NCBI GenBank assembly: GCA_049655345.1
Contig: JBASJP010000151.1
Span: 1-63,668 of the forward strand
Source of the DNA: Moraxellaceae bacterium
GTDB lineage: Bacteria; Pseudomonadota; Gammaproteobacteria; Pseudomonadales; Moraxellaceae
Direction of reading: 5' to 3'
Length of the DNA stretch: 63,668 nucleotides
Shown one piece after another: positions 46,489-53,844 of this stretch (position 1 is the stretch's first letter; the number at the start of each line of letters is the position of its first letter). Position numbers and translations under genes: made by a program. The notes under the pieces are model-generated. The model did no database searches and was not told the origin of the DNA. It saw nothing but the letters and a program-made list of their open reading frames with translations.

Positions 46489-46964
46489 CGCCGCGATACC
46501 CGCCGTACCGCCTCCGGATTGACCTGCAACAACTCTCCGGCAGATCAACCGTCCGTCCATACCGGGACACCCCCAACCCGGCGCCTGATGCCGTGATTCC
46601 TCGCGTAATCCCGCAGAAATCCGCAGGATTACGGCAGAATTGCACAAAAAATACGCATTACCATTCGATTACAAAGTTGCCATCCGCAGTCTTGCAAGGT
46701 TCACCTCAGGCTGTGCTATGGTGAAGCCATGAGATGGACAAGATGCCTGCAAACGGGAGCGTCCAGACCCGTTAATCCTGCACCCCAGCAACTGTATTCA
46801 CGGCCCCTCAACGGGGCCTGTTCCAGGGGAACTATGCAGCAGCCCGGAAGGCAGCCCGGAGCGCATCTGCGCCGCCGGTTCGACTGCCCGCCCCAGGGCC
46901 TGATGCAAAAGCCCCGCCCGGCACCACACCGGTGCCGCCTGTCTACCCAAGAGAGGAAAGGTCT

Positions 46965-47255
46965 ATGCAAATGGTAATCAGCGGTCATCACGTCGAACTC
47001 ACCGAAGCCCTCAAGGACTACGTGCAATCCAAGCTGGAAAAGGTCGAGCGCCATTTTGACCACATCACCAGCATGAAAGTCATCCTGAGCATCGACAAAC
47101 TGGTCCAGAAGGCGGAAGCCACCATTCATATTGCCGGTGCCGACCTGTTCGCCAATGCCGAATCCGAAGACATGTATGCCGCGATTGATCTGCTCACTGA
47201 CAAGCTCGACCGACAGATACTGAAGCACAAGGAGAAAACCCAGCGCCGCCACTGA
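46965..47255 (+). CDS. hpf: Ribosome hibernation promoting factor (short form)
   Basis: ATG 46965 with a GAGAGGAAAG RBS. MQMVISGHHVELTEALKDYVQSKLEKVERHF; 96 aa. Confidence 0.9.
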   Translation: MQMVISGHHVELTEALKDYVQSKLEKVERHFDHITSMKVILSIDKLVQKAEATIHIAGADLFANAESEDMYAAIDLLTDKLDRQILKHKEKTQRRH

Positions 47256-47287
47256 GTGACGGGCACCGGCCATCGTACGGCCACCGG

Positions 47288-47314
47288 AACCCGGGTCATT
47301 GCCCGGGTTTTTTT
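47288..47314 (+). terminator. Intrinsic terminator after hpf
   Basis: AACCCGGG-TCATTG-CCCGGGTTTTTTT. Confidence 0.8.
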
Positions 47315-47400
47315 ATGCCTTTTTACCAATGTGTGACGGTGTTGAGGTTGCAAGTCGTCATGACAGTGGCGACCATAACAACCGAACAGGGAAATTGATC

Positions 47401-48312
47401 ATGCAGCTTGTCATCGTCAGTGGCCGCTCCGGCTCAGGCAAAACCACCGCACTTCATGTCCTTGAGGACATGGGCTACTACTGCGTGGACAATCTGCCCC
47501 TGACCCTGTTGCCCGAACTGGCAGACACCCTGAAAAATCGCTCCGGCGGGGCAGTAACACATCTGGCGATAGGCGTGGATGCCCGCAACGTTCCCGGAGA
47601 TCTTGAATCTTTCCGGAATGTTCTTGACGAGATGACACAGCGCGATGTCACCTCCCGCAGCACGGTGACCATTTACCTGGATGCCCGTGATGATGTCTTG
47701 CTGGCACGCTTCAGTGCCACTCGCCGGCGCCATCCCTTGAGTTCGAAGTCCTGCTCGCTACAGGAGGCCATCGAACTTGAGAAACACCTGCTGGACCCCG
47801 TCAGCAGCGCCGCCACCCTTCGCATTGATACCAGCTCACTTAACGTGCACGAACTGCGTGAGCAGTTGCGTCATCGCCTGGAAGGTCATGCCGATACCGG
47901 CCTGACCGTGCTGTTTGAGTCATTTGCCTTCAAACAGGGTGTCCCGCTGGATGCCGATCTAGTATTTGATGTGCGCTGCCTGCCCAATCCCCACTGGCAT
48001 GCCAGCCTGCGTGCGAAGACCGGGCGGGATACCGAGGTGCGTGAATTCCTGAACGGTGATGCCCTTGTCGAAAGCCTGTATATGGACATCGCCGGCTTCC
48101 TGCTAAAGTGGCTGCCGGAGTTTCGTGAAAACGACCGCAGCTACGTCACGGTAGCCATTGGTTGTACCGGCGGCCAGCACCGCTCGGTTTACATGGTGGA
48201 GCGCATATCCGCCCGTTTTCGTGAAGAGTTTCCGCATGTACAGGTACGGCATCGCGACCTGCCTGCACAGGATGACCGTGCCCCCGCGACCAACCGGATC
48301 CAGGAACAATGA
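47401..48312 (+). CDS. rapZ: RNase adapter / nucleotide-binding protein RapZ
   Basis: ATG 47401. MQLVIVSGRSGSGKTTALHVLEDMGYYCVDNLP (Walker A) and C-terminal GCTGGQHRSV. Confidence 0.93.
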   Translation: MQLVIVSGRSGSGKTTALHVLEDMGYYCVDNLPLTLLPELADTLKNRSGGAVTHLAIGVDARNVPGDLESFRNVLDEMTQRDVTSRSTVTIYLDARDDVLLARFSATRRRHPLSSKSCSLQEAIELEKHLLDPVSSAATLRIDTSSLNVHELREQLRHRLEGHADTGLTVLFESFAFKQGVPLDADLVFDVRCLPNPHWHASLRAKTGRDTEVREFLNGDALVESLYMDIAGFLLKWLPEFRENDRSYVTVAIGCTGGQHRSVYMVERISARFREEFPHVQVRHRDLPAQDDRAPATNRIQEQ

Positions 48313-48578
48313 TCGAGACGGACATCGAAATCATCAACAAGCTTGGCCTGCATGCCCGTGCTGCCGCCAAACTGGTCAGCGTGACAGCCCAGTTCCAGTC
48401 GAGCATCCGGCTTGGGCGCGGCGAGCGCCTGATTGACGCCAAGAGCATCATGGCCCTGCTCATGCTGGGTGCCGGCAAGGGCAGCACCTTGCGGCTGGTG
48501 ATTGATGGTGTCGATGAGACTGTTGCACATGCGGCCGTGGTGGCACTGATCAACAACCGTTTCGACGAAGCCGAATAA
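48309..48578 (+). CDS. ptsO: HPr-like phosphocarrier NPr
   Basis: 89 aa. Active-site context NKLGLHARAAAKL; directly follows rapZ. Confidence 0.88.
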   Translation: MIETDIEIINKLGLHARAAAKLVSVTAQFQSSIRLGRGERLIDAKSIMALLMLGAGKGSTLRLVIDGVDETVAHAAVVALINNRFDEAE

Positions 48579-48757
48579 ACACGGCTTTGCGTATCACCCT
48601 CTGCGGCGAAGTCCCCGCCCACTTCCCTGTCAGAAAATACCTGCGCGCCAGGGCCATAAAGCTGTCGTATGCGGTCATCGCCATCCACCCTCCCCTGACG
48701 GAATAATCTCCTGCAACAGGCAGTCATGCGACAGCCCTTACTGGCAGGAGAGCATTG

Positions 48758-49540
48758 ATGAGCTATCAGGATAAAGTCGTTTTCGTGGCCGGCGGCACCA
48801 GCGGCATCAATCTGGGGATTGCCGAGGCCTTTGCCCGTGCAGGTGCCAGAGTAGCGGTACTGAGCCGCAAGGCGGACAAGGTTGAGGCTGCCATCACGCA
48901 CCTGCGTTCCCTGACCCCTGACGTACTGGGCTTCAGTGCCGATGTCCGTGATTACGATGCCGTTGCTGCCGCGCTGGCAGACACTGCTGCGCAGTGGGGG
49001 CCGATTGACGTGGTCATTTCCGGCGCGGCCGGCAATTTCATGGCGCCAGCCATCAACCTGTCGGCAAACGCATTCAAGAGCGTAGTGGATATCGACCTGC
49101 TCGGTACATTCAACGTCATGCGTGCCAGCTGGGAGCATCTGCGCAAACCGGGTGCGGCCGTCATCAACATCACAGCTGGCCAGAGCTGGCTGCCCACCCC
49201 CATGCAGATACACGTCTGTGCCGCGAAAGCCGGGGTGGACCAGATCACCCGGACACTGGCCATCGAGTGGGGACCTGCCGGGGTGCGAGTCAACTCGATT
49301 GCACCAGGCCCCATCAGCGGGACCGAGGGCATGGCACGACTGGCCCCCACGGAGGCATCGGAAAAAGCCTGGACCGACAGCGTGCCATTGAAGCGCTTCG
49401 GCACCAAAGCGGACATCAGCCGGGCAGCGCTCTGGCTTTGCTCGGATGACGCAAGCTACATCACTGGCGTGGTACTGCCGGTGGATGGCGGTTTCACATT
49501 GTGGGGGTCGGGTGCCATCGCGCATGCAACGCAGCAGTAG
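48758..49540 (+). CDS. Short-chain dehydrogenase/reductase (2,4-dienoyl-CoA-reductase-like subgroup)
   Basis: Cofactor motif AGGTSGINLGIA. GGAG RBS 7 nt before ATG 48758. NITA and VCAAKAG motifs resemble the DECR-like SDR branch; substrate unknown. Confidence 0.85.
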   Translation: MSYQDKVVFVAGGTSGINLGIAEAFARAGARVAVLSRKADKVEAAITHLRSLTPDVLGFSADVRDYDAVAAALADTAAQWGPIDVVISGAAGNFMAPAINLSANAFKSVVDIDLLGTFNVMRASWEHLRKPGAAVINITAGQSWLPTPMQIHVCAAKAGVDQITRTLAIEWGPAGVRVNSIAPGPISGTEGMARLAPTEASEKAWTDSVPLKRFGTKADISRAALWLCSDDASYITGVVLPVDGGFTLWGSGAIAHATQQ

Positions 49541-49584
49541 CGGGATGCCTCTGCTATCATGGGCTCCTTCCACTGGAGGCTCCC

Positions 49585-50160
49585 ATGTCCCGTCGCCACT
49601 CCCTGCATTCCGTGCATAACGAAATTGATGACTTTGAAGATGCTGGTCTCAGCAAGACCGAGCAGAAGAAAGCCATGGAGCGGCTGCAGGCACTTGGCGA
49701 GCGTCTGGGTGCCCTGAGCACGGCACGCCTGAAAAAGATGCCTATCTCGGAAACGTTGTTTGTGGCGCTGGAAGAACTGAAGCGCCTTAAGGCCCACGAA
49801 GCCGTGCGACGTCACAAGCAGTACATCGGCAAGCTGATGCGTGACGAGAACGAGGACGCCATTCTGGGTGTGCTGAATCCGCTCGCCAATCCCATGCTGA
49901 ACAAGCAGATGGACATGCTGGCCGAGCGCCTGCTGACGCAGGGTGATCCTGCTATCAATGATGCCGTGCGCCGCTATCCTGCCGCCGAACGCCACACGCT
50001 GCGCCAGCATGTGCGGGCCGCACTGAAGGAACAGCAGACGCTGGCAGAAATGCCTCCTGCCGCACCGGTAGCGGATGGTGAGACAGTCGCCGAACCGGAA
50101 CTGCCGGCCCGCCGGAAGCTGCTGACCTATCTGCGCGAAATCGCAGCACTCGTTGACTGA
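49585..50160 (+). CDS. yjgA: Ribosome-associated DUF615 protein YjgA (DarP)
   Basis: ATG 49585 (GGAGG RBS). SKTEQKKAMERLQALGERL...RRHKQYIGKLMR...LLTYLREIA aligns by eye with E. coli YjgA. Confidence 0.85.
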   Translation: MSRRHSLHSVHNEIDDFEDAGLSKTEQKKAMERLQALGERLGALSTARLKKMPISETLFVALEELKRLKAHEAVRRHKQYIGKLMRDENEDAILGVLNPLANPMLNKQMDMLAERLLTQGDPAINDAVRRYPAAERHTLRQHVRAALKEQQTLAEMPPAAPVADGETVAEPELPARRKLLTYLREIAALVD

Positions 50161-50174
50161 CGCAGTGGCCGCAA

Positions 50175-51224
50175 TCAGATTTTCATCTGCTCACTGAACA
50201 GGCCACTGCCACCTTCCTGTCCGAACCAGTCTCCGATTTCAACCTGAAACTCGCGTTTCTTGAGACCATTCCCCACCGCAAACAGGTAGGCGGTATCCGC
50301 CATTGCCGGCACCAGGCCGACCACCTCACGCCCAAGGCGACTAAGCGGATGCACCGGCATGGTCAACTGCAAGCCATCACCGCGAATGAACAACGCCTTG
50401 TTCTGACAACGCATGACAGCACGAAAACCTTCGCGTGAGACGGATCTTAGGGTGACCATGCCCTTGTTCTCGTCCCCCATCAGACCCATGTCGCGCAACT
50501 GCATGAACAATGGCTCATGAATGTCTGCATTGAAATAACCGGGGGCATCCCGACAGATGAACCCGCCAAAATCCAGACGCGCAGCCAGCATCAGAGCCTC
50601 TACATCACTGCGCGAGAGCGTGGCAAGAAATGCAAGGGTCCGCAGGCTATGCGAGCCAGGCTGTCGTACTTCATCAACCAGAACGCGCGCCCACAAGATC
50701 TGGAAGTCCTCGGCCACCGCACGTGCCGCCGATTCCTGCCAGCGCAACAACCAGTCCGCATCCACGGGGCGATCAGACAGGCTCTGCAGATCAATCGTCT
50801 CGGCCAGCAGGTCGGCACGCAAACCGATACGTCTGACGTTGAGCGTGCGACGCAAGGTCTGGATATCGGCATCCAGCCGCGCATCACGCAGTGCCTTGGC
50901 AGTACTGGGTACCCGCAGGATGTCGAGAGGATCATCCGGGGCCTGCTCGATCACGGAGCTGAAACGAATCGTCGAGATGTATTCGTCATCAGGCCTGTCA
51001 ACAATCTCACCCTGGATATTGAAGCGCTTGCGCCCCGCATGAAGATCATCAAGCTCGGCCAGCATGGCGGCAACAGCGGCCAATTCGCTCTCGCGCACCT
51101 TGTGCACATCCTTGCCACCCTGACGCAAACTCCACGGCGGCAACATGGCCGAGTCACCACCGCCAAACAGGGTATTCCAGAGCTTGTCAGCCAGCCGCTG
51201 TCGTAATGGCAGGTCACCGGTCAT
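50175..51224 (-). CDS. Hypothetical protein, DUF2806-like
   Basis: ATG 51224 lies 7 nt after the HMGR stop (TGAgacgtatATG); 349 aa. The central block DADWLLRWQESAARAVAEDFQILWARVLVDEVRQPGSHSLRTLAFLATLSRSDVEAL matches my recollection of the DUF2806 signature (DxxW...LWArILagEvxxPGsfSlRTL..L..Ls). No catalytic motif recognised. Confidence 0.65.
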   Translation of the reverse strand: MTGDLPLRQRLADKLWNTLFGGGDSAMLPPWSLRQGGKDVHKVRESELAAVAAMLAELDDLHAGRKRFNIQGEIVDRPDDEYISTIRFSSVIEQAPDDPLDILRVPSTAKALRDARLDADIQTLRRTLNVRRIGLRADLLAETIDLQSLSDRPVDADWLLRWQESAARAVAEDFQILWARVLVDEVRQPGSHSLRTLAFLATLSRSDVEALMLAARLDFGGFICRDAPGYFNADIHEPLFMQLRDMGLMGDENKGMVTLRSVSREGFRAVMRCQNKALFIRGDGLQLTMPVHPLSRLGREVVGLVPAMADTAYLFAVGNGLKKREFQVEIGDWFGQEGGSGLFSEQMKI

Positions 51225-51231
51225 ATACGTC

Positions 51232-52401
51232 TCACTTGCGATTACGCCCAAGCTTGTCGTGGCTGGACACCCACTGGTCAGCCACAATGGCGGAGGAAAG
51301 CGACAACTCGCCGCACAGCACAGTGGCGGCGACAATCTCGGCAAGTTTCCGGGCCTTACCATCGCCGTAGCAGCCCATCACTTCGAGGCACTCGCGCTGC
51401 GTAGGAAGACCCGTACCGCCGCCATAGGACGCCACAATCAGTGCGGGAATGGTTGCCGAAAAATAATAGTCACCGTTGGGCCTGAGTTCGCCATGCACAA
51501 ACCCGGCTGACGACTCCGCCACGTTTGCCACATCCTGGCCACAGGCAATGAACATGGCGGTAATGCCATTGGCAAAATGCGCCCCGTTGTTCACGGAGCC
51601 GGCCATCAGCGCGCCCATGTTGGACAGCTGGCGCTGCCGGAAGAGCGCCTCGCCCGAGGTATGCATGACATCGCGGATCAGTGCAGCCGGCAGGGTGATT
51701 TCGGCCACCACACGCTTGCCGCGCGTATGCAGGGCGTTCACGTGCGAGTGTTTCTTGTCGGTATCAAAGTTGGCGGCCAGCGAGAAGTGCTCAAGCCCGG
51801 CCGGTTTCTGCGCCAGAATCCACATGCAGGCTTCGCGCGTTGCCTTGGACACCATGTTCTGGCCGGCGGCATCGCCCGTGGTGTAACAGAAACGCAGCCA
51901 GCGCATCTTTCCCATGCTGTATTGTTCGATATGCCGCAGCTTTCCCGAGCGCGTAGTGGATTCTGCTGCCGCACGAATGGCCGGCAGGTTTGCATCCACC
52001 CAGACACCAAAGTCACGTGCATGGCGGGCATTCTCAAAAACAAACACCGGCGCGCGCTGCATGCTGTCGTCAATCACGGTGGCAATGACGCCACCTGCTT
52101 CGCGCGTGAGTCGCATGCCACGGTTGTAACTGGCCAGGAGGGTGCCTTCGGTTGTCGCCATCGGCACATAAAACTCGCCTGCCGCGTGCTCGCCATTAAC
52201 GAGTAGCGGGCCGGCAAAACCCATGGGGATCTGGGCAACGCCAGCAAAAGACTCGATATTTCCCGGCAATACGGCAGGATCAAATGAAAAGCTGCCGGTA
52301 TGGGCAAGGGCCGCACCGGTTTCATCGGAAACCACAGCGCGACGTGCGGCCGCCATGTCGCGGGTATAGTCGTTGTCTGTGTCGCGAGGAAGTTTTTTCA
52401 T
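51232..52401 (-). CDS. Class I (eukaryote/archaeal-type) HMG-CoA reductase, soluble catalytic domain
   Basis: Class I motifs NIESFAGVAQIPMGFAGPL, VPMATTEGTLLASYNRG, TGDAAGQNM, NFDTDKK, GRGKRVV-like TRGKRVVAE, ACGQDVANVAESS, GGGTGLPTQ, VLCGELSL and VSSH. Start set to ATG 52401 (389 aa); the ORF-track TTG at 52443 has no RBS. Confidence 0.88.
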   Translation of the reverse strand: MKKLPRDTDNDYTRDMAAARRAVVSDETGAALAHTGSFSFDPAVLPGNIESFAGVAQIPMGFAGPLLVNGEHAAGEFYVPMATTEGTLLASYNRGMRLTREAGGVIATVIDDSMQRAPVFVFENARHARDFGVWVDANLPAIRAAAESTTRSGKLRHIEQYSMGKMRWLRFCYTTGDAAGQNMVSKATREACMWILAQKPAGLEHFSLAANFDTDKKHSHVNALHTRGKRVVAEITLPAALIRDVMHTSGEALFRQRQLSNMGALMAGSVNNGAHFANGITAMFIACGQDVANVAESSAGFVHGELRPNGDYYFSATIPALIVASYGGGTGLPTQRECLEVMGCYGDGKARKLAEIVAATVLCGELSLSSAIVADQWVSSHDKLGRNRK

Positions 52402-52465
52402 TGTTTTTGTTGTTCTTGTGAGTCGTTTGCTGCTGCCTGCCAATGATGCCAGACACCCTGCCGAC

Positions 52466-52930
52466 TCATGTCAGCGGTGGCATGAACTCGGCCAGCTTGT
52501 CGGAAGTCTTGCGCAAATTGATCGAGAGCAGGGAGGCAACGCCCTTGAGGATCTTGATGCCGATTTCCGGATGCAGCTTGAGGATCATCTCGAAGCCCTT
52601 GCGCGTGAGAACGATCAGACTGGACGAGGTGCAGGCGCGGATGCTGGCAGAGCGGGTCAGCTTGTCAATCAGCGCCATCTCGCCAATGGAGCCCCCCTTG
52701 GCCAGCGTGGTGATGACAACCGGCTGGGCATTCTGGTTGAACTTGATGACGTCGAGCGCACCCGAGGCAACAAAGCAGACATAGTCGCCCTTCTCGCCCT
52801 CCTTGAAGACGAACTCGCCGGGCTCGATCTTGTTGAAGAACATGTACTTCTCAATGGTCTGCAGCTCCTGGGCATTCAGACCGGAAAAGATGGGAATCAG
52901 ACTCAGATGGTCCGACATACGATCGCTCAT
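52466..52930 (-). CDS. Stand-alone cyclic-nucleotide-binding (CAP-family) domain protein
   Basis: 154 aa. Beta-roll with the phosphate-binding cassette GGSIGEMALIDKLTRSASI and a GAGGAAG RBS. No DNA-binding or enzymatic domain follows. Confidence 0.85.
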   Translation of the reverse strand: MSDRMSDHLSLIPIFSGLNAQELQTIEKYMFFNKIEPGEFVFKEGEKGDYVCFVASGALDVIKFNQNAQPVVITTLAKGGSIGEMALIDKLTRSASIRACTSSSLIVLTRKGFEMILKLHPEIGIKILKGVASLLSINLRKTSDKLAEFMPPLT

Positions 52931-52991
52931 GGGACTTCCTCGGGAGACAGCAGGACCGGCCTGAAGCGGCGTCTTGTTCCTGTCACTGTCC

Positions 52992-53020
52992 TATTTAGCT
53001 GAAAGCGGCCCGGTTGTCAG
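52992..53020 (-). promoter_or_regulatory. Weak candidate sigma70 promoter for the cNMP-binding/HMGR/DUF2806 module
   Basis: Minus strand CTGACA, 17-nt spacer, TAAATA. The -35 element overlaps the nitrilase stop codon. Confidence 0.25.
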
Positions 53021-53844
53021 CGAATTAGTCGATGCTTTCGTACAGGCATGCGGTTTTGCAGGCTGACCTGTTCGTCGCGGTCCCAACGGGCCAGTACAAA
53101 ACCCGCTCCATCGGTCACCTGCTCCGCCAGCACCCGCCCCCAGGCATCAATGATCTGCGTATGCCCCCACGTCTGGCGCGACGGGTTATGCCGGCCGCCC
53201 TGCCCGGCACCAACCACCATGACCTGGTTCTCGATGGCACGGGCCCGCAACAGCACCTGCCAGTGCGCCTCCCCCGTGACAGCGGTAAACGCGGCCGGGA
53301 CGGTGACCAGCCCTGCCCCCATGCCCACCAGTGCACGGAACAGCTCGGGAAAGCGCAGGTCATAGCAAATCGTGAGCCCTATGCAGCCGAAGGGTGTCTC
53401 CACACACACCACCTCATCACCAGGCTCGAAGGTTGCCGACTCCCGGTAGGCTCCCTGTGAATCCGGCACATCCACATCAAAAAGGTGAATCTTGTCGTAA
53501 CGTGCCACACATTCGCCGGTGGCGCTGATGACGTGACAGGCAGTCCTGACCCGTCCGTCAGGCACCAGCGCGCCATCCGGACGACTGGCTGCCGGCAGGG
53601 TGCCCGCCACAATCCACAGGTCCAGCTCCCGTGCGAGGGCGGCAAGCCACGTCAGTATCGAGGGAAGTTGCCGGGCAACCTCGCGATACTGCGCCGCATC
53701 AAACACGGCAAAATTCTCCGGCAGTACTGCCAGACGCGCACCGGCAGCGGCAGCCTTCCGCAACTGCTGCTCAGCGGCATCAAGATTGGCCGCCAGCCCA
53801 GGCCCCGAACAGAGCTGTATGGCTGCAATCAGGACATGACTCAC
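53017..53844 (-). CDS. Carbon-nitrogen hydrolase (nitrilase superfamily)
   Basis: Glu-Lys-Cys triad contexts LPENF, YDKIHLFD and ICYDLRFPE. ATGA overlap with yhdP. Confidence 0.9.
   Translation of the reverse strand: MSHVLIAAIQLCSGPGLAANLDAAEQQLRKAAAAGARLAVLPENFAVFDAAQYREVARQLPSILTWLAALARELDLWIVAGTLPAASRPDGALVPDGRVRTACHVISATGECVARYDKIHLFDVDVPDSQGAYRESATFEPGDEVVCVETPFGCIGLTICYDLRFPELFRALVGMGAGLVTVPAAFTAVTGEAHWQVLLRARAIENQVMVVGAGQGGRHNPSRQTWGHTQIIDAWGRVLAEQVTDGAGFVLARWDRDEQVSLQNRMPVRKHRLIR

Noticed and set aside
46489-46964. Possible sigma-54 promoter (TGGCAC-N5-TTGC) or raiA-type RNA motif upstream of hpf.
   Set aside because: The closest strings (GGCAGAATTGCA and TTGCCATCCGCAGTCTTGCA) have the wrong GG-GC spacing or lack the GG. 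I could not match the region to any RNA family from memory, and the raiA motif is, as I recall, a Firmicutes/Actinobacteria element.
46729-46977. 82-aa ORF inside the rpoN-hpf spacer.
   Set aside because: It has no RBS and an Arg/Pro/Gln-rich low-complexity product, and it runs into the hpf start in another frame. It is more likely non-coding.
48146-49573. 475-aa minus-strand ORF, among the longest unexplained ORFs in the track.
   Set aside because: It is antisense to well-supported rapZ, ptsO and SDR genes. Its composition is Arg/Gly/Cys/Pro-rich with no recognisable motif, which is typical of shadow ORFs in GC-rich DNA. The same reasoning applies to other long antisense ORFs, for example 1439-2620, 4795-6180, 11131-12348, 19532-20311, 30660-31274 and 41424-42188.
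51232-52443. Suspicion that the HMGR catalytic histidine is replaced, which would make it a pseudo-enzyme.
   Set aside because: I first aligned ADQWV to the human GHLV motif, which put Gln in place of His. Counting back from the human C-terminus (S872 in HNRS) puts catalytic H866 in the KSH motif. That motif aligns with VSSH here, so the His appears conserved. This still needs a real alignment.
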